Shown here: positions 16,903 through 25,390 of the stretch, piece after piece
How the letters are laid out: the number at the start of each line of letters is the position of its first letter
Position numbering within the stretch: position 1 is the first letter of the stretch
Virus record (IMG/VR): IMGVR_UViG_3300017965_000001
Span: 1 to 46,934 of that record
DNA: 46,934 nucleotides
DNA from: a virus
Lineage: Duplodnaviria > Caudoviricetes
Reading direction: 5' to 3' (one strand)
The notes under the pieces: model-generated
Told to the model about the DNA's origin: nothing
What the model saw: the letters and a program-made list of their open reading frames with translations, nothing else
Database searches by the model: none
Made by a program: the position numbers and the translations under genes

Positions 16903-18867
16903 CTAACGCGGAATCGGAATCACCCGCAGGTATTCGCGCCCGCCGGGTGTCTTGATGCGCGCAAGAATCCGCGTCGCCCCGGCAGCGCGAGCCGCCGCCA
17001 TACGGTGCCGACCGTCTGTCAGCTCCAGATAGCCCGGCTCGGCCGATATCACGATCGGCTCGAAAGCTTGCCCCGTTTTCGTCCGGCTTTGCCCCGTCGC
17101 AATGAGGTCGACTTCCGCCGCCGTAGCACCGGCGTATGCGTTGCTGATTTCAGTGATGTCCCGCATACCTTCACGCAAATACGACAGCTGCGCATCCGGT
17201 ACGCCATACTCGAGCGGTGCGAGTAGCGCGCGGTCGGCGGCCGGTACGTCCGGCAGAGGGGCGGGTGTCGGTAGCGGTGCACGCGGCGGCAGCGGCGCAG
17301 CGGTCGGCGGCGTGAGCGTGAGCTGCGGCAGTGCCGGCGCTGCGGGCTTCTTCCGCTTCGATACCCTCGTGGGCCTAGGCGGCTGCGTGACGACCGGCAG
17401 CGGCCCCCGTGGATACGGCGGCGGCGTGACTCCCGGCAGTGGTAGCTGCGTTCGCGGCGTGGCGGCAGTGCGAGAGAAGGGGCTGTCAGTCGGCGGCGCA
17501 ATGGTTGCAGGGTCGATGACCGGCGAAGCACTGCAGCGGCACGCGTAGTAATGGGTGTCGAACCCCGGATGCGCCCGCTTGCCCGTGTTCGGATTCGTGA
17601 CCGGCGGCTCGGCCCATGACTGCACGGAGCCTTCGAGCGCGCGATGGCCGGGGCGCACTTTCAGGTCGCGGACAGTGCGCCATCTGTAGTGTGTGATGCC
17701 GAGCGATTGTTGCCGCAGCTTGGTTTGCTGGCCGTGAAACTTGCCCACGGCGTCGTTGGCGATGATGGTCGCCTGCGTCGCGCTCAGTTCTTTGTTTCTC
17801 GAGAGCAGTATGCTCGCGAGTGCTTCGGGTCTCAGCCCTTGCTCGAGCCCCTTGCGCACGTCCGCTTCGACGCTCGCGTACACGCTGTCGGTCATGGTGC
17901 CGACGCGCGAGACGTTGCTTGTGATGAACTGGTCGAGCTTCGCAGCGATGGGGCTGCCGGGCGCGAGCGGGTCGATGGCCGCGAGCTTTTGCCGCGGCGT
18001 CTTCTTCCTTGCGTCCATGCGCGCGGCGTCCGTGCGCACCGGCGCAAGCGCTTTGCGAATCTGAAAGCGCGGCAAGCCCAGTGCTTCGGCGACCTGGCGC
18101 TCGAGCGTCTCGCGCGCATGCTCGTCGACGCGCATGCCGGCGAGCAGCGCGGCGGGCCGGATGTCGAAGCGGTGCGCAGCACGAGCCCGGGCGAAGAGCT
18201 CGCCGAGCAGCGGGTCGCGCGCGTCGAGTCGCGGGGTGATGCCGGCCGCCGCCGTGAACGTGAGCGCGGCGCGCGCGGTGAGCCCTTGCGCCGGCAGCTC
18301 GAGCACGCGCACGCCGCGGCGCTCCAGTTCGGGCACGATGGCGTCGAAGACGCGGTCGTGACCCGCTGCCATGGCCGCTTGCCCCGGCGTGAGCACGGCG
18401 TAGGGCGCGCGCATGCGCACGACGGCGTCGAGCGGTTGCCCCGGGTCTAGCTCGAGCAGTTTTCTGAGAGCGCGCGCGATGGCCACGCCTTCGAAGATTC
18501 CGCCATCGGACAAGCGCATTTCATGCGCCAGCTGCTCACTCGCACGGCTCCAGCCCAGCGGTATCAGGTCGTCTGCGTGTCGCAGCGGCAGTGCGTGCGC
18601 GTCGGCGAGCGCCCGAGCGGCTGTAGACTTGCCGGTGCGCGGCCCGCCGACGACAGCGACGCGCATGCGCCGCCCGTCGGTGCGCCGGGCTGCGGTGGCG
18701 GCGTAGTGGTGCACGAGCGTCGGCAGATGCGGCCATACGTACGCGCGCAGCGTGCGCTCGACTTCGCGGCCGCTCGCGAGCAGCGCCGAGAGATACCCGT
18801 GCAGCGCCGTCGTGGGAAAGTCGGGCGCCGAGCTTGAGCGGGAGAGCTTCGCCGCCGCCGCGCTCAT
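16903..18867 (-). CDS. MuF minor head protein fused to an N-terminal P-loop domain and a C-terminal ParB/Srx-like domain
   Basis: VAVVGGPRTGKST; MuF core GITHYRWRTVRDLKVRPGH..HPG..CRC; Pro-rich linker; PIVI..LTDGRHRMAAARAAG. Confidence 0.85.
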   Translation of the reverse strand: MSAAAAKLSRSSSAPDFPTTALHGYLSALLASGREVERTLRAYVWPHLPTLVHHYAATAARRTDGRRMRVAVVGGPRTGKSTAARALADAHALPLRHADDLIPLGWSRASEQLAHEMRLSDGGIFEGVAIARALRKLLELDPGQPLDAVVRMRAPYAVLTPGQAAMAAGHDRVFDAIVPELERRGVRVLELPAQGLTARAALTFTAAAGITPRLDARDPLLGELFARARAAHRFDIRPAALLAGMRVDEHARETLERQVAEALGLPRFQIRKALAPVRTDAARMDARKKTPRQKLAAIDPLAPGSPIAAKLDQFITSNVSRVGTMTDSVYASVEADVRKGLEQGLRPEALASILLSRNKELSATQATIIANDAVGKFHGQQTKLRQQSLGITHYRWRTVRDLKVRPGHRALEGSVQSWAEPPVTNPNTGKRAHPGFDTHYYACRCSASPVIDPATIAPPTDSPFSRTAATPRTQLPLPGVTPPPYPRGPLPVVTQPPRPTRVSKRKKPAAPALPQLTLTPPTAAPLPPRAPLPTPAPLPDVPAADRALLAPLEYGVPDAQLSYLREGMRDITEISNAYAGATAAEVDLIATGQSRTKTGQAFEPIVISAEPGYLELTDGRHRMAAARAAGATRILARIKTPGGREYLRVIPIPR

Positions 18868-20294
18868 GCGTCGTAGGGCTCGACAGGTGGGCGACCGTTA
18901 GGGAGCGCCGGCGGCAGCATGGGCGGCTCGGGCTCTGGCTCTGGCTCGGCGAGCCGCTCAAGCTCGTACTGCAGCGCCGCTTCGCGAGCTTCGAGGTCGA
19001 GCTCGTCGAAGTCGCTGCAGTGTGCGAGCTTGATGGCGGCTTCTTCCGGCAGGATGATTTTTGACGCGACGAGCGTCGAAAGCGCGTCGGCGGTTATCTT
19101 GAGTGTCTCCGCGTATTCTTTGGCCGTGGGCTGCCACAGCGCCGGATACGTGACCTCGAAGCTGTCGAGCACCTTGCCGGCCGTGGGCCCCTTGTTGGTC
19201 GCCATGATGACGCGCACGAGCTTGTCTATCTGCGGTGTGAGTCGCTTTCCGCGCTCGGCTGCGACTTGGTCGTACCATGTCCGAATGTCACTCTCGCCGG
19301 TGGCATTCATCCCCGCGGGACTGCGCCCGAAGAGCACCGTCACCGGCATCTGCGCAGCGCTCGCGACGCGCATCATGAACCTATCGAGTAGCTCGGGAAT
19401 GCCCGAGAACGGCGTCGCAATGCGCTCGAAGCTCTCGCGCTCGTCGAGCAAGATGGCGCGCGCCACGCTGCGGCAGATATCTAAAAACTTGATGCGCGCG
19501 CGCAGCTTCTCTTCGCCGGCCGCGGTCATCAGCTGCATGAGGTTGGCGATCTTGAGCACGCCTTGCGACGCGTCTGTCATCAAGTGCGCCGCACCCATCC
19601 AGCTCGACGAGCTCGCCTGCACGGCTTGAAACACGCGCTGCAGAATCGAGTCATCCCAGTAGCACGCCGACTGCGCACCGAAGCGGGATGTCAGCACGCC
19701 GCGGAAGGACAGCAAGCGCGACTCGTGAATGACGAGCTGTCGAGCGCTCGCGACCACCGGCGTCGCCGTGCTGCCGGATGGCACCGCGAGACTTGTTACG
19801 CGATAGGTCGCGACCTTGCCGTAGTTGGGCGCCGAGATGTCGCCATAGTAGGTGTGCTGCTGGAGCTGCGTGCGGCGGAAGACGTTGAGGTGAGTGAGCC
19901 GCACGACTCGGGTAAGGTCGAGCGGCTCGTCGGGTGTGACGCCGTCGTCTACGCCGAGATAGACCGCGCCGAATCCGTAGAGCCGACCCCACACCCACGC
20001 TTCGCGCAGCGCTTGTTCGGCGCCTAGAGCGTTGAGCGCGTCGTCGATGTCTTTGCCTACGGTCGCAGTGTCGGCGACCTGGTTGGCGGCGACGGCGATG
20101 GAAAAGCCCTCACGAAGCGCATCGGCGGGAAGCTGCTCGACGATGCGCGCGCAGATGTCGTCTTCGGTGTGGAGGGCTTCGAGCGCACTGTCTGACAGCT
20201 GACTGCGCAGCCGCGGCGTGTGCGCTTGGAGTTTGTCTCTCAGCGTGCCGAGCCCCGTTACCGCGTTTTCCCAGCTGTCGGAGCGCCAATCCAT
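18864..20294 (-). CDS. Portal protein (DUF1073-like)
   Basis: DSWENAVTGLG, WGRLYG, IHESRLL, PVTVLFGRSPAGMNATGESD..WYD, LWQPT. Confidence 0.92.
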   Translation of the reverse strand: MDWRSDSWENAVTGLGTLRDKLQAHTPRLRSQLSDSALEALHTEDDICARIVEQLPADALREGFSIAVAANQVADTATVGKDIDDALNALGAEQALREAWVWGRLYGFGAVYLGVDDGVTPDEPLDLTRVVRLTHLNVFRRTQLQQHTYYGDISAPNYGKVATYRVTSLAVPSGSTATPVVASARQLVIHESRLLSFRGVLTSRFGAQSACYWDDSILQRVFQAVQASSSSWMGAAHLMTDASQGVLKIANLMQLMTAAGEEKLRARIKFLDICRSVARAILLDERESFERIATPFSGIPELLDRFMMRVASAAQMPVTVLFGRSPAGMNATGESDIRTWYDQVAAERGKRLTPQIDKLVRVIMATNKGPTAGKVLDSFEVTYPALWQPTAKEYAETLKITADALSTLVASKIILPEEAAIKLAHCSDFDELDLEAREAALQYELERLAEPEPEPEPPMLPPALPNGRPPVEPYDA

Positions 20295-20328
20295 GCCGGG
20301 CTGTATTGGCAGGGTTTGCGGGTGTCAA
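20295..20328 (-). promoter_or_regulatory. Repeated promoter-like element upstream of the portal gene
   Basis: TTGACA-17 nt (ending TGCCAA)-TACAGC-CCGGC-ATG. Confidence 0.65.
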
Positions 20329-21233
20329 TGGGCGCAGAGCTCCCGTATTACGTGCCCGATAACTTGGGCGCACTGCGGCACGACGGAGTTGCCAAGCGCG
20401 GCGATTCTTGCTCGAGGGCTGTCCAACCGTCTGGGAATCCCAGAAACCACTCGCACCATGTCGGGCTGAGTTTTCCGCCAGTGGCGAACGTGCAGACGCG
20501 CGGCGACTTTCGGTTTGAATCCGCCGGCGACGCCCCTTTTGCGTCGTGACGCGTCAGCGTCGGCAGACGCCGGTGAGCGGGCCATTTCTTCATGGCCGGA
20601 GAAAGCAAGTTGGCCTTGCGTATTAGCGTCGGCAGTAACCCCTTGCGGGCCATCGTTTGGAGCGACATGCGAACCTTCCCTGTTCTGCCTGCGGCGCCGC
20701 CGTGATTCGTCCCGTATGAGTGTCGCGTTAGCGTGGGCAGCAACGATAAAGACTCGCTGCCGCTCATGCGGAGCGCCGACATCCGACGCCGCAAGCGGGA
20801 TCGGTAGACACGCATAGCCGTGCTGTTCCAATCCTTCGCGCACAACGTCAACCCATGCACGCGCGCCGCTGGCGACGTTTTCGACCACAACCCATTGAGG
20901 TCGAAGCTCGTCGACGATTCGGAGGTACTCAAACCATAAGCCGCTGCGAGCACCGCTAAGGCCCGCTCGCTTGCCAGCGCTGCTGACGTCTTGGCAAGGG
21001 AAACCACCGCAAATGAGGTCGACGACGGGCAAAACGGTAGAGCCAACTGTGCTGACATCGTCATACCTCAGTGCGTTAGGCCAATGCTTGGCGAGCACCG
21101 CGCGGCAATAGGCATCCTGCTCGACTTGCCAAATTGTGTGACCAAGCCCGGCCATTTCGAGACCGAGCTCGAGACCGCCAATGCCGGAAAAGAGCGAGCC
21201 GATTGTCAAGTTGCTGCCGGCTTGCGTCCGCAT
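20325..21233 (-). CDS. DNA (cytosine-5) methyltransferase, alpha chain
   Basis: Motifs I FSGIGG, IV GGFPCQ, VI ENV, VIII PHERQRVFIV and X LGNSVVPQ; no motif IX in this frame. ATG 21233 chosen as start. Confidence 0.92.
   Translation of the reverse strand: MRTQAGSNLTIGSLFSGIGGLELGLEMAGLGHTIWQVEQDAYCRAVLAKHWPNALRYDDVSTVGSTVLPVVDLICGGFPCQDVSSAGKRAGLSGARSGLWFEYLRIVDELRPQWVVVENVASGARAWVDVVREGLEQHGYACLPIPLAASDVGAPHERQRVFIVAAHANATLIRDESRRRRRQNREGSHVAPNDGPQGVTADANTQGQLAFSGHEEMARSPASADADASRRKRGVAGGFKPKVAARLHVRHWRKTQPDMVRVVSGIPRRLDSPRARIAALGNSVVPQCAQVIGHVIRELCAH
20348..21064 (-). CDS. Overprinted methyltransferase beta chain (alternative frame inside alpha)
   Basis: 238 codons fully nested on the same strand; three LPTL repeats and motif IX-like KLSPTWCEWFLGFPDGWT. 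Confidence 0.75.
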   Translation of the reverse strand: MTMSAQLALPFCPSSTSFAVVSLAKTSAALASERALAVLAAAYGLSTSESSTSFDLNGLWSKTSPAARVHGLTLCAKDWNSTAMRVYRSRLRRRMSALRMSGSESLSLLPTLTRHSYGTNHGGAAGRTGKVRMSLQTMARKGLLPTLIRKANLLSPAMKKWPAHRRLPTLTRHDAKGASPADSNRKSPRVCTFATGGKLSPTWCEWFLGFPDGWTALEQESPRLATPSCRSAPKLSGT

Positions 21234-21267
21234 GCCGGCGTGTATTGGCACGGGCCCCCGGTGTCAA
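21234..21267 (-). promoter_or_regulatory. Repeated promoter-like element upstream of the methyltransferase
   Basis: TTGACA-17 nt (ending TGCCAA)-TACACG-CCGGC-ATG. Confidence 0.65.
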
Positions 21268-21272
21268 TCGGC

Positions 21273-22739
21273 TCATACATCGAGCGATTCGAGCCCGGCG
21301 TAGTAGTCGCCGAAGCCACCTTTCAAGCACCACCTGATGGCTTGAGTCTGGGCGTCCACGCGGTCGTTTGCGATGCCGCGGGGGAAGCGCTTGTGCTCGG
21401 TCACCCAGTCGAGAATCCAAGGCGCGAACGAAGCGTCAGGAAGCCACACATTGCCGCTCGCGAATATCGGCTGCGTCGCGTAGGCGCGCGCTTCCTTTGA
21501 CCCGTCGGGCTCGATAGCGAGCACGCCGGGTATGCTCGACTTGAGCATTTCAATCACGGCCGGACCGTTCGCCTTGTCCTCGACTAACACCGCAGACGCC
21601 TCCGGAAACTGCGCATACATGGACTTGACCGCGGCGATGGTGCCGACGAAGTCGAGGTGCTCGCGCACTTCGGCGAGCAAGAAAAAGTTGGGCGGCTTGA
21701 ACGCCCACGCTTGCCCGGCGACGTAAGAGCTCGTCTCGTGAGACTTGAATGCGCAGTCAAAAGAGATAACGACGAGCGCCCCTTCGAGCCGCGGCCGCGC
21801 GGTGTAGTAGTTATGGAACCACTCTTGTTTGTAGATTGCGCCGCCTTCCGGCACCGGGTCCTGCTGGTCTTGAGCCGCCCAACCGTCCGGACCAAATTCC
21901 TTTTTCCGCCGCTCGACTTCGGCTTCGTCCCAGCGGGTAGGGCAGAGCAGTTCGCCGTCGCTCGAGCGCGGGTCAAGCCACCCTAGCGGCGTCGGCTCGC
22001 GCGCGGCCGCGCTGTAGTAGCGCATTGGAATCGACAGCGTCGCATAGCCTTGCTCCGCCGCTAGCCCGGCAAGGTCGCGGTCGTGCAGCCGCTGCATGAT
22101 GATGGTGCGTGTGTTTTGCCCCGGCAAGACACGGCTCGCCATCGTTTCAAACCACCAACGCGTGCAGCGCTCGAGTGCCGCCGGCGAGTGTGCTTCTAGT
22201 GGTTTGATCGGGTCGTCGACGACTTGCCTGTGTGCATGAAAACCCGTCGGGGAGCCGCCGACTGATATCGCTTGGCGAATGCCCCCCTTGTCATTCTGGA
22301 GCCAGTTTGCGAGCCACCGGCCGCGCTGCGGTTTCCATTTTTCGCCGAACAGGTCGCGGTACCATTCGGTCTCGAAGAGCCCGCGACAGCGGAGGGAATC
22401 GCGCACGGCGAGCGTGTCAGCGTACGCGCCGAACTGCCATTGCGACCCGGGATTCCAGGTCCATTCGAACGCGGGCCACATGACGCATACAGTTGTACTT
22501 TTGCTGCTGCCGGGTGGCACGTTGATGACCAGGCGCGGCAGTTGTCCGCGCGACTGCGCCTCTAAGTGTTCGCACAGAGCGCCGAGATGCCAGTTGTCGA
22601 CGAATGGCGCGTTGGGCACGACGAGCGGCCACGCCTGCTTGATAAAGCTATGCAGCGTGGTTGGGCGTCGTGCCGCGCGCGTCGCTCGGCGATGGCTCTC
22701 GGCGATGAGCGTGGATAGGTCGTGTCTAGGGTGTGTCAC
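21273..22739 (-). CDS. terL: Terminase large subunit
   Basis: INVPPGSSKST, VVDDPIK, IIMQRLHDRDL, SFDCAFK, VEDKANG, FPRGIANDRVDA. Confidence 0.93.
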   Translation of the reverse strand: MTHPRHDLSTLIAESHRRATRAARRPTTLHSFIKQAWPLVVPNAPFVDNWHLGALCEHLEAQSRGQLPRLVINVPPGSSKSTTVCVMWPAFEWTWNPGSQWQFGAYADTLAVRDSLRCRGLFETEWYRDLFGEKWKPQRGRWLANWLQNDKGGIRQAISVGGSPTGFHAHRQVVDDPIKPLEAHSPAALERCTRWWFETMASRVLPGQNTRTIIMQRLHDRDLAGLAAEQGYATLSIPMRYYSAAAREPTPLGWLDPRSSDGELLCPTRWDEAEVERRKKEFGPDGWAAQDQQDPVPEGGAIYKQEWFHNYYTARPRLEGALVVISFDCAFKSHETSSYVAGQAWAFKPPNFFLLAEVREHLDFVGTIAAVKSMYAQFPEASAVLVEDKANGPAVIEMLKSSIPGVLAIEPDGSKEARAYATQPIFASGNVWLPDASFAPWILDWVTEHKRFPRGIANDRVDAQTQAIRWCLKGGFGDYYAGLESLDV

Positions 22740-23220
22740 CTACAGAGTCGCGCTCTGAGGATTGCTCATTGATTGGTGCGTCCGGCACGTATGCGATGAC
22801 GTTGGGTGCGAAATAGCTACAAGCCTTGGCGATAACCATGCCGGCCGTGAGGAATACCGGCGCTCGGTCCGGATGGCTCAATATGAGCCGAGCGAGGTCG
22901 ATATTGAGAGAGCCGAGGATGCCAATGGCATTGGCGCATAGGCTACGCCAGCAGATGACCGAGCCTAAGCCTGACTGTTCGTCGCCCAACACCCTGCCGA
23001 CGGATATCTGCAGCATAGCGCCCTGCAGCAACGCATGGACTGCTAGCAAGGGAATGGCGGGGGCGGCGCCGTCGAGGTCGGCTTCGGCTTCGGCTTCGGC
23101 TTCGGCGGCTTCGAGTAGTTTCAAGCCTGAACCTCCGATGTTTGAAGCATTCACAGCCAGGCACGTATAACCGTCGTTGAAGCGTGCGAACCATGGGTCA
23201 TCTGTTGTGTTCGTTGTCAT
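22726..23220 (-). CDS. Hypothetical protein (visibly more AT-rich; (EA)n tract)
   Basis: Fills the gap between the fibre-like gene and terL; (TCGGCT)4 at 23078-23101. Confidence 0.55.
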   Translation of the reverse strand: MTTNTTDDPWFARFNDGYTCLAVNASNIGGSGLKLLEAAEAEAEAEADLDGAAPAIPLLAVHALLQGAMLQISVGRVLGDEQSGLGSVICWRSLCANAIGILGSLNIDLARLILSHPDRAPVFLTAGMVIAKACSYFAPNVIAYVPDAPINEQSSERDSVGDTP

Positions 23221-23232
23221 TCGATTGTGTTC

Positions 23233-24474
23233 CTACCCGTTGCGCGCGCCCGGGTCGTCGTACGTGGCAGCGACCGCATACAGCCGATTGAATCCGGCGG
23301 CGTTGGACTTGAGAGTTATCTGCACGTAGTAGGATTCGTTGTAAGGCTCCGAGGCGCCCGGGAGCACCAGCGTGAACCGGTTGGCGAACGTCGTCGCGTA
23401 GAGGTTGCAGGTCACTGAGACGAGCAGTTCTGGAGTGGGTGGATCGCTAGCGACCACCGTCATGTCGCGAATCGCGCGGTACACTTCGATCACGTTTTGG
23501 TGCGATGCGTCCTGACTCATTTGCAAGACCTCGACGTTACGGTTGACTGCTTCTCGAGGCCAATGCAGCGGGTACTCGAGAATGCGATCGCCGCCGGTCG
23601 TAGTGTGCAGATAGCCGTCGGCGTAGTTGTAGTTGGCCGAGATGGTGCTGCCGTTGACCTGCTGGCCGGCCATGAGTGGTATGTGCACGCGACGTCGCGG
23701 CTGCGGACTCGTGTGCACGATGTCGACGTCGTCGTCGAGATAGAGGTGCGCAGCGTTGAACGTCGCGTCGCCGTTGAATACGGCAGAGCCGTTGGAGGTG
23801 AACGCGCCGGCGACGGTGATGGTGCCGGCGGTGTCGATGCCGGTCACGACGTTGAGCCCGGCGTTCATGAGCACATGGCCTTCGAACACCGCAGATACGG
23901 CAGGGTCTGGCGTGGTGACGTGTAGCGTCTGGGTGTTGAGGTTGGTGAAGCCCGCCACGGTCCAAGCGCTGTCCAACCAGGTCGAAGCCGTGGCCGCGTG
24001 CCAGAGAAGCTCGAGCACGCCGCTCGTGCCGTTGTTGACGAGCGCGATCGCCGACGCGGTCGATGCCGCGACTTCGCAGACCCAGCTCGAGCCACCCCAT
24101 GTGGCGTTGTGCGTAAAGATGAGCCGGCGAGTCGCCGTGTTGCCGGCGTAGACGTTCACGTGCTGGGTCGCGTTGACGAGCACGCGCTGCAGCAAGCGAT
24201 ACCCGCTCGCGGCCGGCGCCGTCGTGACGTCGAGCAGCGGCGCGAACATGTCCGTGTTGGCGAAGTTGAGTTTTAGGTCCGGAGTCGGCGAGCCGTTCGT
24301 CGCATCGGCGAGAAACTGCAGCCATGCGCCGGCCGAGTTTTGCAGCCAGTTGAGCCACTCGGCCGGTGGCCGTTCGTTGACGAGCCAGCCTTGCGACTTC
24401 TTACCGGCGCCGGGTTCGACGTTCGTGCCGGCGGTCGACCAACTAGGGATGGCAATCGTGGGGCGCGTGGACAT
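23233..24474 (-). CDS. Tail fibre-like protein located between the terminase genes
   Basis: N-terminal W..EPGAGKKSQGW..ERPPAEWLNWLQN resembles myophage fibre baseplate-attachment segments; the remainder is beta-rich. Confidence 0.7.
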   Translation of the reverse strand: MSTRPTIAIPSWSTAGTNVEPGAGKKSQGWLVNERPPAEWLNWLQNSAGAWLQFLADATNGSPTPDLKLNFANTDMFAPLLDVTTAPAASGYRLLQRVLVNATQHVNVYAGNTATRRLIFTHNATWGGSSWVCEVAASTASAIALVNNGTSGVLELLWHAATASTWLDSAWTVAGFTNLNTQTLHVTTPDPAVSAVFEGHVLMNAGLNVVTGIDTAGTITVAGAFTSNGSAVFNGDATFNAAHLYLDDDVDIVHTSPQPRRRVHIPLMAGQQVNGSTISANYNYADGYLHTTTGGDRILEYPLHWPREAVNRNVEVLQMSQDASHQNVIEVYRAIRDMTVVASDPPTPELLVSVTCNLYATTFANRFTLVLPGASEPYNESYYVQITLKSNAAGFNRLYAVAATYDDPGARNG

Positions 24475-24477
24475 TGT

Positions 24478-25053
24478 CTATGTGTTCTCTTCGGTGAGCA
24501 GTGGGTCCGTTGGCAATGCACGCACATACCCATGCGCTGCAATGGCCGCTTCGAGCTCTTCGTCGGTCATTTCAGCCGGGGCTTTGGTCACGCGCAGCTG
24601 TTGCTTAGCGCCGTAGCGCTTCGGGAAGCGACGCTCGAGCCACCACGCGTTCGCCTTCCAGTTGTCCGCGGCGGCCGTCGCAATGAACTGCACGGCCGTG
24701 GCTTCCGCGCGTGCGACGGCGATCGCCAAGTCTTGGTCGAACGTGGCGAAGGGCTCTTCGCCGTGCTTGCCGCGCTCGCGCCAGTCGTAGAGCGTGCGCG
24801 CGCCGATGCCTTCGAGCTGGCAAGCGGTGCGGATGGGCACGCGCACGGCGACGAGCGCGCAGACGCGTTCGTGCAGCGCCGGCGTGTAGAGGCTCGGCCG
24901 GCCGCCGACGTTCGGCGCCGGTGGTAGAGCGGGCGGGTCGGGATGTTTCCGCACTCGCGGGGGCCGCCTACGCGCGCGCGATGGTGCGGAAACCCGTGTG
25001 TCAGCTGTCTTACGCTTGCGCTTCTTCGCGGTCTTTTTGGACTTAGGTGGCAT
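24478..25053 (-). CDS. terS: Terminase small subunit
   Basis: GRPSLYTP, HTH-like TACQLEGIGARTLYDW, WKANAWWLERRFPKRYG, EMTDEEL. Confidence 0.78.
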   Translation of the reverse strand: MPPKSKKTAKKRKRKTADTRVSAPSRARRRPPRVRKHPDPPALPPAPNVGGRPSLYTPALHERVCALVAVRVPIRTACQLEGIGARTLYDWRERGKHGEEPFATFDQDLAIAVARAEATAVQFIATAAADNWKANAWWLERRFPKRYGAKQQLRVTKAPAEMTDEELEAAIAAHGYVRALPTDPLLTEENT

Positions 25054-25387
25054 TGGCGAGCCCTCCGGTACCGCGGCGCTCGCGGCGCATGCGGCAGCGG
25101 TTACAACGTGCCGAGCGGCGCTGTCGCCACGCCGACGCGGCAATCAAGCGCTCGACGCCACAGCGGCAGCGGATGCGCATGCACGTCTCGAGCTCGCCGT
25201 TCGACCGCCGGCGTGTGCTCGTGTGGATGATGACCCAATCGCGCTCGAGCGGGTCGACGAGCGGCGGCGCGCGGTGCGTGACAACGCAGTGTTCGCACAA
25301 GCCGCCCCACCTACGCAACGGCGGCAGCTCGCGCGCGCATGCGCGGCAGTGCGTCGGCGTGGCTGGGATGGGCTTGAGCGCGAGCAT
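25043..25387 (-). CDS. Cys-rich (zinc-finger-like) hypothetical protein
   Basis: CRAC, CEHC, CRCG, CNRC; tightly packed with neighbours. Confidence 0.6.
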   Translation of the reverse strand: MLALKPIPATPTHCRACARELPPLRRWGGLCEHCVVTHRAPPLVDPLERDWVIIHTSTRRRSNGELETCMRIRCRCGVERLIAASAWRQRRSARCNRCRMRRERRGTGGLANAT

Positions 25388-25390
25388 GGG

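Noticed and set aside
23078-23106. (TCGGCT)n as a phase-variation switch
   Set aside because: A hexamer unit keeps the frame, so only a linker length would change.
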